DNA of 64,000 nt from positions 121,903-185,902 of the forward strand of contig NW_005434607.1 in NCBI RefSeq assembly GCF_000315625.1, read 5' to 3'. Within the stretch, counting starts at the first letter, position 1. Each line of letters starts with the position of its first letter. Positions 50,666 to 64,000 of the stretch are shown here, in pieces. The DNA comes from Guillardia theta CCMP2712. Its lineage: Eukaryota > Protista > Cryptophyta. The position numbers and the translations under genes were made by a program. Under the pieces are notes generated by a model. That model was given only the letters and a program-made list of their open reading frames with translations. It was not told where the DNA came from and searched no databases.

Positions 50666-51139
50666 ACTGTCTTGGACCTTTTCCCTCAGTCGCGGCGGGC
50701 CACCGCAACCCCCCCCCGCCCTGACCCCCTTACCCGGCCCGGCCCCGGCGCGGGCGCGGCCCGGCGAGGCCGAATTCAGCCAGTGCGGCGGCCCCGCCGG
50801 TACGGGCCGGCAGGCCCGGCGGGCCGGCGCTGCCGCTAGAAACCACTTCCCTATCAGTAGGCCCGCAGCTCTTGTTGCGAAGGGGTGGGAGTGAGGGCAG
50901 CAGTGGTATTTAGTAGGGCGTCACCGCAATGCCGGCAACGCGAGATTGGTTGTGCTTTCAGCTGAGATAACCATGGCAGAGCGGTGATGTGCATCATGAC
51001 ATGGTGAACGAATGGATACAGAGTACATCCTGAGATGAAGCAGCCTTGAATGACCGGTCAGCTGTGTTATTCCATTGTGATCTCAGATCTTCCGCTTCAA
51101 ACTACACCAACGAAGAATGAATGAGTGATTCATTTCACC

Positions 51140-54100
51140 ATGTTAAGACGATCTGCGTCCTTCCGAAGGATTTCTGGGCCTTTTGAGAAATCTCTGATTA
51201 TTTTCCTACCTATTCTTTATCTTGAGTTAGTTGAATGCCAAACAAATTTTTCATGGTAAGGTTATGACGTGGTGTTTTTGCATATCACCCACAAATGCCC
51301 AGGTTTTGGGATACTTCAAATATTTCCAAGAGGATGAAGCAGCAACCATCTTTTGCTTATCTGACATACCCATTTCCTCAATATGCTTGTAACAAGGACC
51401 CTAACGTAGCGTACTGCCCAGGTACAAATTTCACAACCATGCTTTGCGCTTTACGAATCATGGACACTGCAGGATGTGAGAATGCCGGAGGCGTCGATTG
51501 CTCATCAGATAGCTGTCAAACTTGCAAGAGTGCATGCACATCATTCAACTATGGAGCAAATGCATCTGTTGTAACTAAAATAGACATATCCGCGCTGACA
51601 TGTCTTGCAGGTGAGTGGCTCGAGCTGCTCTGAAGCGACCTTAACATCTTCCAATTTTGCTGGAGTCTGCCTGACAAGGTCTTTTCTTTGATCAAGTTTG
51701 ACGAACGAAATGAATGTAGCTTGCAGAATATTTGCTGTTGAAGGGGAATTCTCTTCATTGAGCACATACATTATGTACACGGCGATGCAATACAACTTCT
51801 CTCAGGAAGAATTCAGCAAATTCGATGTGAATGGAACTGGATTCACATTGGAGGAATGCAAAAAAGCATTTCGAGGGAATGCAGATCTCTGCATACCAAT
51901 GTTTCCAAATCAAAACAACACCAATACCAGCACAAACCAAACGGTGTTGACTTATACAGACATTCTGAATTATGGCAGCTGGAATGGATCCATTATTGTT
52001 CGATCCGTTCAGCCTATACAGCCTGGAAGTGTTTTAGCCCCTGAAGGCACATTTGAAGTTTCGATGTCGGTGCGGTGGGGATACCTGGATGTCTTTGGGA
52101 AGTGGATCTACTTTCAAAACGGTTCAAGTACTTATTCCCCAGGTGGATTGACATCTTTTCCCACTTACATTTAACGGTTTTTCAGGCTTACTTTCTCAAT
52201 GTCTTTCAATTGTTGAAAGTCAGGGACTTTGCAACTTATCAAATTTGACCAGTTACGACATATCAGAAGTTTCTTTCAGGTGTGTTTTGATTTCTCCTTC
52301 ATTTTTTCTTGTTAACCTGTGCAACACATAGGAAAGTGGGTGCTACTGGAGAAGAAAAGCGAATCTTGTTTTTCAGAGGCAGCTACAGCCAAGTTGTCAA
52401 AGCATTCCAATCCTTGCACTTCAGAGCATTGGATATTACGTCAACAACAAACATTTTCGAATCCAAGGTATTTACATATTGTTTTTCATAGTCCATGCTG
52501 TGCATTAAGCTTAGATTTCCTCAATAGGGGCCGGGCTGGAACTCAGACAGAGTTCGGCATCTTATGTTGAGTCCAACAAGCACGGCAGTACAACCATGGT
52601 TTCAAATCGATTTCTGGATTGGGTCACAGACAACTCCCGTTGACACAGAGAAGCCTCCTGACATGAGTCAACTCATATGGGTCATACCTGTCAACAACCC
52701 TCCAACCATCACTGACCCACAAGTTGGGTATCTTCCTGGATGTATTTCTTCTCCTCCTTGCGATACCAACTCAAGCAAATTTGTTTTGAGTGGTCCCCAG
52801 TATTACTTTGGCCAATATTGGTTGTGGGAAGGCTCAGCAAATCAACTACGATTAACAGGAATCGAAATAGATGATCCTGATCTTGATGAAGGTTGCTATT
52901 TTCAAGATAGTGCACCCTGTAAATGGATTGACAACCCGAACGCATATTCCTGTGGAACAATGAAAGTTGAGCTCACAGCAGACATTGGAAGAATTCTTCT
53001 CAATTCTCGTGACGGTTTGATTTTTCTTGAAGACTCTCCATCCAGGATAGTAGCGACAGGTCTCAAGTCTAAGGTGGCCAATGCAATACGAGGAGTACTG
53101 TATCGCATTGATTCTGTCATCAACATCATAAGTGGCAATAGCAAATACCTCTTTCAGAACTCTCAGCACCTTGGCAGCACTCCAGACTTCTTGCGAGTAA
53201 CTCTGAATGATCAGGGAAATTTCGGAGAGAACGGTTTTTCTGAATATGCTTCCACGGCTGCTCACAAGAATGGTCTGATAATCAACATCACAATAGCTGC
53301 TGTGAACAACGCCCCTTCGATTTCAATGGGGAATTCATACACAGCTTACGAGAATAGACCTTACAGTGTTGCTGGAATCTCAGTGAATGACATTGATGTT
53401 GACGAAGTGATAACATCTCAATTCGCCAAGGAGCTTTGGCTGGGTTATTTATACAATCTTCCATATGAAAACAAGATCAAAATTACAGCACAGCTCAATG
53501 GTTACAACAACGGAGTAGCTCGTGGTTTGATATACATCAATTCGGACGGATCTAATCTTTACTTGGTTAGTAATGGCTCTCATGTCTTCATTAACGTATC
53601 TTCAACATTTGTGCAAAGTCATGCATGTTCGTTCCAGGATGCGATTTCTCGCCCTGGATCATATCAATGTGAGCAGGATACTCCTGCATCGGGAATACTC
53701 TGCATGGGGTCATGGGACAACATCACTTGCAGAAGAATTGGAGGCGGGCGCTTGCAGTTCGTGAACGACTCGAATACTCGGTTTCATATCACCGACTTCT
53801 CTAGCTCACTCCTGCCATATCTCAATAATGTGTCAGCAGGAGTGCAGATTGAATTTGGGGTTGTGACCTCGGGAGGGCTTACAATGCTCGGCGAAGTGAG
53901 TGCATGGGATGCGAACAGCTCAGATATCACTCTAGGCAGTGCGAGCACGGATATTCGCGGACTGTCCGGGGGGATCATACAATGGCAGATGTATTTGAAA
54001 GGAGCCTATTCGAATTGTACATATCAAGGCCCTTCGCTTGCTGAAGTTTGTATCTCTGCCGCAGGTAACTCATTGTTTCCTGCTCAAGTACCTTGCTCTG

Positions 54101-57100
54101 GGGAAGCTAGTTCGCAGACAAGTTGCGAAATGCTTGGAAACGGGCGCTTGCAGTTCGTGAACGACTCGAATACTCGGTTTCATATCACCGACTTCTCTAG
54201 CTCACTCCTGCCATATCTCAATAATGTGTCAGCAGGAGTGCAGATTGAATTTGGGGTTGTGACCTCGGGAGGGCTTACAATGCTCGGCGAAGTGAGTGCA
54301 TGGGATGCGAACAGCTCAGATATCACTCTAGGCAGTGCGAGCACGGATATTCGCGGACTGTCCGGGGGGATCATACAATGGCAGATGTATTTGAAAAACA
54401 CGTTTTGCACCATTCCGCAACCATGTGGTTGCAAAGTGATTGATATGTGTGACAAAAATGGCGAATTTTTGCTCTTTCTGAATTATTCAAACACCCAGAC
54501 ACGTCTGTACACAAATGACCTCATTGCATCGTTGGCAAAAATAAACAAGACATGTGGCGGACTTCCACTTCGAAATCTGCCAGCACCATTTGCAACTTCT
54601 TTAGGAAAAAGATGTTCCTCAAATTACGATTGCAGTAATATGAACTTTACCAAATGCAAACCAGGAGTGAATTGTTTATGTTGTGGAAACTTATCAGCTG
54701 TTTGTTCGCAAGATTCTGATTGTGAAATGTATAGTAATCCTTGGGAAAAGGTGCAATTGTGTGGTTGCACGAGACAATTGGATTCTTCTTATGTGTTTAT
54801 AGACAAACGTTGCTGCGCAGATACAAGGATCTCGTGTTCCAACGACTCTGACTGTGGATTTATTCTAAACAATTCTTCCTGCGGGTGCCAACCAACCTTT
54901 CCTGTTTGCGGTCCGTTTAAGAGTGGGGAATCGTATGATATTCGCTTGGGACAGCCCTGTACTTATCGCGGGGTGAAAATGACTCAGAACGGCAAGGTTA
55001 CCATGCACGATTCTTTGAGTTGTATCTCTCCCATTTTCGCAATTGAAGGAACTTCAAGAAGTGAATATGTCAATCAAATCTTGTTTTCTCAGAGTTTGTA
55101 TGACCATAACGAGCTTTCAGGGAGGGGATCTACACGGATTGAGTTTTATTCACCACTGCTGTATGCCCAAGCTGCCTTGCAGTCATTGATTTACCTTACC
55201 TACAATCCCGAATTTCCAAATTACAACCGATTGTATAGATTACCAAAGGATGAGAGAAATCCGGCTACATTCAACATCAATGCTGATGATTTTGACAAGC
55301 TATCGGTCACTGCAAATGACATGGGTAATTCAGGGGGTGGGGCTCGCGTGGAAAATGAGGTCACCAGCTCAATGCAGATTATCACCATGGCAGTCAACAA
55401 TCCACCGGAGATACACGCTCCATCTGTGATCGCGGTTCGGGAAGATGTCCCATACAGTATTTTGACTAGGCTCGATGCCAGCCCTCCACTTCATGGAATT
55501 TTTCTTACCGACCCTGACCAGAATGACTACGGGTTCAATGATTCAAAAGTGACTCTCGAAAAGACGTTGGGCTTTGCAGTGAATCTTTCTGTGGATCATG
55601 GCTGCATTTTTGTGAATGAGAACTTTCTTCAATATGGTCATGAATATGCTGGTCGGAATCTAACCGACGCTTTGGGAAACACGATTTACATCAAAGTCGG
55701 CGACTCTCAGTGCAGCTTGATAGACCCCTTTGCTACAGACGGATGTACTATTCGATTGCTAGACTACGGGCAACCAAAGGAAGGCTTGCACGCTGTCAAG
55801 TGCATCTCACAGTGTACTTCGGTCACCTTTGCTCCGTGTTATTCTGCAACACCACCTACAGTTGATCGTCACTGCTATGGTCGTGGTTGTGCAAAGTTTC
55901 TAGCATTTGAAGGACGATTTGCTGATATCAATAATGTGCTATCAAACATCACTTATGTCAGTGACCCCAATTTCAACACTCATTACGGGGTACAGGAAAG
56001 TTTGTTGATCCAAGTTACGGACAACGGAATACTGGGAGACCCGCCTGATATTCCTCATCGTGCTCAGCTAAGAATTCCGATTGTTGTTGAACCTGTCAAC
56101 GATGCTCCCATCATCGGACGTCTGCAGAATGCGCAATGCATAGACTACAGGGCTGATGGCACATACGATCTGTCTCTGCTGTACAGCGAGACTAGATTTT
56201 TCTCAATTTCATCTGTCGATAGCATCGACGTCAACGAAGACACTGAATTTACCTTGATGCCTGACAGGTTATGGATATCCGATCCTGATGCTGAAGAAGC
56301 AACTATTCGGAGCAGGACTGTCAGTCATTGTGCTGGTCCATGTGGATTGGTAATCAACGATAAGAAGCGAAATTGTTGCGTCTCAACAAGTTGCCCTTAT
56401 CTGTGCAAAAAGATTGAAACTGTCACGCCAGGTGGAATTCCATCCGATGTCATTGTTTACCTATCAGTTTCAAACGGCAAATTAAGCTTTTACCCACCGC
56501 CAACTTACTACTTCATTCCAGAGATTGTCTTCTTGACAAACATCTCAAAGCAGATAGTTGAAAACAACGCCAGCAATGTTCAACTTTGTACAAACCAATT
56601 GGCATGCATGAAGAATCAGACTGAACTGTGGATTAGAACCAGGTTGCCTTACTTGCAAAAAGCTCTTAGCGCAGGTTATCTGAGATACATTGGGAATCAA
56701 AATTATAATGGAGACGATAATCTCAACATTTGGGTCTATGACAACGGGTACTCTGACGTGACGTACACAAACCCCCGCTCATCTTCAGCATCGCTAGCCA
56801 TTCAGATCGTCGCTGTGAATGATCCTCCAGCAATACAGCATCCAGGAGGACCAGGCTGTAGTTGCAATCCAAGTTCAGGAATGTGCAGCTGTTCCTCAAC
56901 CCCGCCTTTGCTCTATGCGTCCAGTGATGCGTGCATGAACGACTGGATGAAATATGGGTTCTCAGATCCCTGGCCTTCTGGCAGAGGACTAGACTGCACT
57001 CATCCCAACTTGTCATCAATACCAAACACCAGATCCACGTACAGTGGGTACAAAGATTTGTCCACCAAGATTGTGTTTTCGGATGTGGACATCAACCAGG

Positions 57101-60100
57101 GGCAATATGCGAATCTTACTGTAGACTTGTCGATTGCACGTCCGGGTGCTGGAGACTTTCAAATCCGCAATCTCTTATCCACAGTGATCTATTATCAGTA
57201 TGAGGACAATGCAGGAAGATGGCACATGGTGATGCAAGGCACGATATCGGACATCAACTCTCAGATGGATCAGTTGTACTTCAATCCAAACCCGACGTAT
57301 TCAGGTCCGTCTCCTTTCGAAATAGTTGCAAACGACAACAACAATTGGGGAATCTGCACTCCTCGTATTGGTGCGAAGCCATATCGTTGCAACCGAGACA
57401 AGTGCTTCAACCCTTACAGCGGTAACTCCTACGGTCATTACTTCTTCTGCGGTAGGCCAGTAGCTTCAGATGTCACAGACTTTGGGTTTTTTCCTGGTGC
57501 CTCCTTTGCATGCGAATCTTTGCTTCCGGCGGAACCGGCGGTGCTCTATTCCGGGAGCAACTGGTCAGGACCATGGTCCTGCTTGGGTTGTGGAAGTTAC
57601 GACATCTTCACTCAATCCATCAAGAACTCCAACCAAAGCAACCCAAGCCTCCCTGGCGTTACCAGAGTCATCGTCGACGCTACTGTCGGCAGTTCAGCCG
57701 CATGCCAGTTTTCCGATTGTGTTTCCTGCAACTCAGCTACGAAGGCTTTTGCAGGACCGCACGCTGACGGTTGTGGATGGTGTCCAAGTTTCTGCGGCGG
57801 AGCGGGAAAGTGTATGATCGGAAAAGCCATGCCGATCTTCGAAGCTTGTCCCACAGACGTGGCGACAGGACGATCCTATCGCCAGTGTTCTGCATCCTCC
57901 AGCAGCCTGATTCTTGATCTTGCGGTAGCGCTGCCAACGGCCACCTTAGGACTCTACCTCATCTATGCTCTAAGCAAGTGGATGCAACGAAGACACGGAA
58001 GCATGGTTGTTTATCTCAAGCGAAAGCAACTTGACTTCATCCTGACTGGCAGGAAATTGTATCTTCTGCCTCCCGATGGAGCTCATTATCGAGAATTTTT
58101 TATTATGATCATCGTTACCGTGATCGCTGGGATTTTCTTTAGCGGTGTGCTGACTCAACCTGGGGGTCCCTATGACTACCATTCATCTTTCTACCTCGAC
58201 TCATTGACGTCGTTGAGTATGACAGTCGATTCTTGTAATCTGCGTTTCTTACCTACGAGGATATTCCCTTATCCCACAAACCTTATTTCCGCATTGAAAG
58301 TCCGACTAGCATTTCCAATCGATCAAAAGATTGTTTTGGCCTCGAATTCTTGCTCTGCGGCAGCAACGCTCTCGTTGCTCAATAACATGCCTGCAGCCAC
58401 CAAGTATCGGGACTACTACTGCAACATTCAATTCATCATTCCTGATCGGTACGTGTTCCCGCGGCTCTCCATTCAAGCTGTGGGAAACAACATGACGACT
58501 GTGAGGGGAGGCCCGATGGACCCCGACACTAAGAACTTTGGAATTGATTTTGGTGCGAATGAATTCATCATGCAAGGCGACTATCTTTCTGCGCGGCTTG
58601 ACAACATTAGCGCCAAACATCTCAAGTATGATGTCTTGCATGGAACACTGGTGGCAACAAATGTCTCGAACACGCCATATGGGACTTTCAAAAGTATAGA
58701 TGCCGATATGATCGTCACGTCTCCCAACCCCACAACTGTTTGGAGTTGGCAGAAGTCAGCAAATATGGTCTGCCTTTCGGCCTCAACCCTGTTCGTGGAT
58801 TCAGCTTGCAGTGAACAATGTGGTTATCCCAACCCGGTCGAAATGCCCACTGGTCTGTCGGATGTTGGTGCATCGAATACTATTCATCGATATTATAGAA
58901 GAAGAAGTCTGCTGTCTACCTCGTGCACTGGCGTTCCTGCCGTTCCCGGGTGTGTCAATCCCGACTGCACGTACAATCAGAGCAAGCTCTGCCTCTGCAA
59001 GCCGAACTGCGACATGATCCCCGCCTCCCAGCTGAGCTATGATGGTGTCAGTGGGGTTCGAGGAAGCTGCAACGATCTAGGTCAATGCTGTCGGATGATC
59101 TGCCAAGGGTATTCCCTCGCTGACATGTTCCCCTACCCCAACTCAGTGCGATGCGGCGCTTGTGTTGCAGCGACTTCCTGCTCACCTCCCACCTGCGGGT
59201 CTTGGACTTCTGGCAATCTCGAGCAGCAATGGTGGTTCACGAGCGATCAGGGTCAGATCTCAGTCACTGTGGCTGCGCAGCTGGAGTCTAATCAAACTCT
59301 TCAGAACTCTTACAACGGCAGCCTGCCTCAGGGCGGTTCGATCTCGACCATCAACCTGGATTTGCGGGATACAGACAAGCAGGTTCTCAACGCAGAGTTC
59401 CATGCAGGAGGAAGCTCGGCGCCTTCAGATCAGATCGTCTGGCTCAGTCTTTACGGCCCTGGTGCGCCTCTGAGTACGGACGGAGACTATGCTTGGATCA
59501 AGGATGTCCGATACCTGGTCCTGCCCGAGTACTTCTTGAAAGCCGTCTCATACTCCCTGCTGGCCCCCAAGAAGCGTCTGATCTCGCTGGGTCTGATGCC
59601 AGGCTTCTGCCCTCCCTTCCTAGCCAGCAACGACCCTGCTGCGACCACGAGGCAAGTGGCCTTGCAGCAGCTTCTCCTCAACACCATCCAAGAGTATCCT
59701 GCGAATGTCGCGACCAGGCCGATCCCTCAGGGCAGCGAAGTCGTGTGGGTCCCAGTGACAGGATCCCCGGCTAAGTTCGTGCTGGATCCTTCCACAAGTC
59801 AATACTTACCTACGGTCATCAGCATGTGGACTGGCGCTGGACCCTCGATGTACACGTTGCTGCTCCTGTCCATCTTCGTTCCGATGGCTGCCTCTCTTGT
59901 TGCTACCTTTGGTCTGTTGAGAGCTGGTCGATCTTTCCTGCAGAAGTTCCGAGAGAAGGCGCTTGAAAAGGAGAACACGTACCTCAACATCTACGAGCAG
60001 GCCAAGTTCGACCACCTCCCCTTCCATGAGCAAGTTGACCGACTTGAGATACCGGCTGAGACCAGGAAGGAAATGACCGGGCGCACATCCTTCTTCTTTG

Positions 60101-61080
60101 TCATAGATCAGATCTTCATGTTCTCTGAGCGCACCACGCTCATCAATGAGGCCTTTCGTGTCCTCATACACCTCACCATCATCACGACCCCCGCGGGATA
60201 CATCTACTATGTCTCCAGCCACTGGAAGACAGCGTACCTGACTTTCCAGTGCCGTTACACGATCAGCCAAGGAGAGTGTCTGTCTCAGACTGAGGTAGGA
60301 TCCATGTTCCTCAACTACATGCTCCTCGTGTACACCCTCGTGGCTCTCACGGAACTCTCTGCTTACTACCTCAAGTTCCCCTACCTTCGTGGCAGGGCGA
60401 TTCTCCGAGGGCTCTTCTACTGCACAGTCTCTGCCATCATCTGCTTTTCCCTGCTGTTTCTACTTCTCAGCACGACGTGGATCATGCTGGGGATGCTGCT
60501 GCTGCCCTCCATTGTGGCTCCTTACTTCATCGCTGAGTTCATGATCTCTCTCATCCTCTTGAGCTACATCGTGAAGCTCGTCAGGTTCCGAGCTCGAGTC
60601 AGCGTCCACACCAGGAGGAGGCTCGAGCTCTTCAAGAAGTCGTTGGTCCCTCGCTTCCCGTCTCGGGTGGTGGACGTGGTTGTGGAGATGAGCCTGGAGG
60701 CGGCGCTGAAGGAGAACGGCTTGAGCTACCGGGGCATCGTCTTGAACACGGTCGGCTTGATCACAGCCATAGTCATGATCTACTCCTTCATCCTCGTAGG
60801 CTTCAAGGCCTTCAGTGCCGACGGCTCGTCGGGGCTGCTCGACTCGATTCTGATTCTGCTGGTGTCGCTGGGGATGCTCTCGTCCATCAACTCGGAGAAC
60901 AAGCGAGAGCAGGTGGAGGAGAGCACGCGGGCCATGAGCGACCGAGTGCTCGAAGCCACCTCCAGCACGCTCAGCATCATTCAGGACCAGCTGCATGTGG
61001 CAGAGAAGATGATCAAGAGTCAACAGCACCTCGAAGACCCCAAGGAGGAGGAGCTGCCTAGGGGAATGATCGTTGACTGA
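51140..61080 (+). CDS. Giant cell-surface protein: signal peptide, five cadherin-like modules with Cys-rich inserts, PSI domain, ~9 TM segments
   Basis: PVNNPP, AVNNAP, AVNNPP, PVNDAP and AVNDPP linkers with DxDxD motifs. PSI-like CVSC...GCGWC...GKC. Hydrophobic stretches after 57900. About 5 short 5' introns, then the 2838-aa ORF. Confidence 0.8.
53745..54396 (+). repeat. Two identical 256-bp direct repeats (53745-54000 and 54141-54396) inside coding sequence
   Basis: Read base by base with no mismatch; 140 bp of unique sequence between copies. Confidence 0.95.
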
Positions 61081-61154
61081 CTTGCCTTTGATAGAACCTC
61101 AGGTTCATTTCTTGTAGATTATTCAGCATGCTCTAAATCACTTTCAACTCCAAG

Positions 61155-64000
61155 TTAACAAGAAGGATGCTCATCAGGTGAACTCAAGCGCTGGTTGTCA
61201 TGCCCTCCATCCCCTTCGCCACAAGTCACTTTCTGTCTCCCCCAGACTCCGCCGCCTCCGGCTCCCTCCTTCCTTCCACTTTTCACTCCATCTGTCTGCT
61301 CCTCGTTTACCCTCCCCCCTCCCCTCCGCTTTCAATCCGCTGGCTCACTCGTTCCTCCTCCTCCTCCTTTCGTACCTTGAAGAACCAGTGGGACGGGTTG
61401 AGAATGCCCTCGTTCTGCTGTCTGATGACCTGCCTCCACGTCACCCCCCTCCCCAGGCTCTCGCGGTTCTTTGCCTGTCCATACAGCTCGAACCCTCCAC
61501 AGACGAGCTGCGTGCCATTGATGCTGTTGCCTCCAGTCGTTACAACCTGCCACTCATGAGCCCGAGGACGAGGAGGAGAAGCTGAAAGACTTTGAAGAAA
61601 CGCGCTGCCTCCACATGGACTGGGATCTGCCACGTTCGGACAGCGTAGGGGCCCTTGAGGCTTTCATCCCTGGTCCTGCTTGTTGAGGAGCAGAAGCAGA
61701 GCAAGAGGATCCTCTCACATGGCGTGTGTTGACGCTTGCGTCCAAGACTCTCCGTCAGCTGACACCAGGAACTTCCAGTTCCTGAGCTGCAGGCGAGGAG
61801 TCTCGTGTTAGTGTGAAGGACGAGCTGAGAGAGGAGAGGGGAGGACAAGGGAGGGAGGGAGGGAGGGAGGGAGGGAGGGAGCAGAAGACGGGCAGGCGAC
61901 GAACATGAGCTCCTGACGAGTAGCCATGTCGCAAACAGTAGTGAGTCGGTTGCAGCTGAATGCCTTCGGGTAGTTCAACCTGATGCAGTTCAGCGTGACG
62001 GACGAGGCGGATGAAAGGAGAGGATCAGGGGACGGAGGGAGAGAGCTGAAGCAGACAGAGGAGGAGGCGGGCAAGTAGGACAAGATGGGAGATACGACGG
62101 TGGAGGCCACCTGAAACCATGCTCCCTCCTCACTAGCTGACCACGAGTCAACCCGCTTGTCGGGGTCCACACAGAGCTGGAGATGGTCAGGACGTCATGC
62201 ACGAGGCCAGCTAGGAGAATGTAGCTCACCACATCTTGCAGCTTCCCTTTGGTCCAGCTGGTTTGATAAGGCAAGTCACAACCAACAGAATCTTCGAAAG
62301 GTGGCGATCAATTTACCTGGAGCCAGTGACCCGCACAGCAGAGGATTCTGAGGCCGGGTTGATCCAATCCCTGGTTCCTCCTGCCGCAAGGACATCAACT
62401 TCCTCGTCCTCGTCCTTGTCCTTCGCCTCGCCCCCCCGCAACCTTTCCCTCCTCGATCTCCTCCTCCTCTATCTTCAATTTACCGCACGAGCCAAGCCAG
62501 TAGAACAATCCGCACCTGAGAAACCATTAGAACATTACTGCACCCTCTTTCTTTCCCATGGCAGCCCCGTGTAATCCCTCCATCCCCCGTCCCTCCGTCA
62601 GTTCTCCTTACTTATCCATCATGTGCTTCCCGCTCCAGTAGAAAATCTGCAGAATTCCTTTGAGTTCATTTCCTTACTTCCTTCTTCTCCCCGTCTCAAC
62701 TTCTTTCCATCCCCATTCCCCTTCCGTTTCTGCCTCCTACTGCCTTCTCATCCTCACCCTTCTACACCCTCATACCGTGTTAGGCGCCGGAAGCTTGATG
62801 GTGCCTCCACTGCCAGATTGCTCGAGCTTCTTGCTGAACAAAAAAGAAATAAGTAGAATGACAGAGCAGAGAAACAGCCCGAGGCTGAGAGAGTGAGGAA
62901 GAAGAGAGACAGGAAATGCGAGGAATGGAGTGAAGGAGGGAGAGACTGTGAAGGAGAGGCAGGAAGAGAAATTTGAGAGGAGAGAGCGAAAGTGAGTGGG
63001 ACGAGCAAAACCTGCCTTGTTTCCTCACCTCTGAGATGTTCGGATAAAGAGCCCTCCGTTGTACCCAACCTCGACCCGTCCTTCCGCCTGTTTTCGCGTC
63101 AGACCTTTTGTCACCTGCTTTTTCCCCTTCTCTTCTCCTTTCATCTCATTACTCCTTGCTTATCCCTCGTCCTCCTCTTCACTTCATCTCCTCCCGTTTC
63201 CTCCTCCCCTCTTCGCCTCTCTCCTCCTTTCACACGCTACTCACATGCTGCTCATTGGATTCGCTCGACGAGCCTCGGCTCATGAGGAAGCCTGAAGAAG
63301 ACCTTCCCCCACCTTCAGACCTCCCTTGCTCGCGACCGCCAGCTCACCGTCTCAGCCCGCTGCTGTACCACCTCCCTCCCTTCTCGCTCTTCTCAATCTG
63401 CTCAGTCAAGGAGGTGAATCATAGAGTAAAGTGTCCTCCTCCACTCTAACCTTGTCTGCTCGAGGAGACTGCAGTAGTGCCCAGAGTTTGGAGTCTCCCG
63501 TGCTGCTGAGAGGTTTGCCCTGTTGTCCATCAGCCTGTGCTCGGCTGCCAAGTCTGACCCACCTGACTCGAGCTCTGCTGGGAGGATGTGCTTCTAGTCT
63601 CATCGTCCGCTACTGTTCAGGAGAGAAGGAAAGGTGAAGAAGAAGAAGAAAAAGAAGAAGAAGAAGAAGAAGAAGAAGAAGAAGAAGAAGAAGAAGAAGA
63701 AGATAATGATGATGATAATTGTGGTGTTGATGACGATGATTATGTTCATGGCGTAGATGAAGGTGAAGCGCAACGATGATGAGCAGGAAAGAAGAAAGAT
63801 ATTTCAGTTTCACGCGTGCAGGCTGTAGGAAGGGACCTTCTCGCTCCTGCCTGCGAGACCACAACATGTTCTTCACCGACGACATGCTGTCTCATGCATC
63901 ATATAGCAGGAAAAGAAACAGAGAGGGAGCAGCAGACCTGCTTGACTTCTTCAACACCATCATGTTGTCATCTTGTGCTGCAGGAAAACCTCACGATGAA
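61155..64000 (-). CDS. Partial multi-exon gene containing an F5/8 type C (discoidin)-like domain of the HECTD1 / plant BTB-protein kind
   Basis: Spliced motifs GLFYWLG, DWINPA, GAWFQVEL, QPTHYCLRHG, LRNWKFLVSADGESWT, DESL...TWQI and GGFELYG at ~61470-62560. The 5' end lies beyond the window or is unresolved. Confidence 0.7.
63636..63745. repeat. (GAA)n followed by (GAT)n-like microsatellite
   Basis: Direct observation. Confidence 0.9.

Noticed and set aside
53746-54000. Cassette as an intein or spliceosomal intron
   Set aside because: No N-terminal Cys/Ser or C-terminal His-Asn, and the ends are not GT-AG. Splicing gtattt (53991) to ttgcag (54153) would frameshift.

Overview
Eukaryotic nuclear DNA: gene-dense, spliceosomal introns mostly 41-56 nt, flagellar genes, GC-rich GGCC/CCGG islands. 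The style suggests a cryptophyte alga such as Guillardia theta (inference). Twelve protein genes could be reconstructed by hand-splicing: inner-arm dynein heavy chain (DNAH10/I1-alpha type), PDIA6-like disulfide isomerase, a ~2,900-aa modular LRR protein, a secreted TPR protein, a WW/coiled-coil/C2 protein, an LC4-like EF-hand protein, a TIR-SAM-ARM protein, a CxH-CxxC zinc-repeat protein, a probable fusion of a degenerate metallophosphoesterase with a nocturnin-like phosphatase, BUD13, a ~3,200-aa cadherin-like/PSI multi-pass membrane protein and a partial F5/8-type-C gene. There is also one intronless Bro-N-like orphan ORF. The standout is the TIR-SAM-ARM gene. It has the three domain types of the animal NADase SARM1 in reversed order and keeps the putative catalytic glutamate. 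Its TIR is split over short exons, so the ORF track shows only a fragment. It lies about 2.5 kb from the nocturnin-like gene. All domain calls come from motif recognition by eye and all splice models need RNA evidence.
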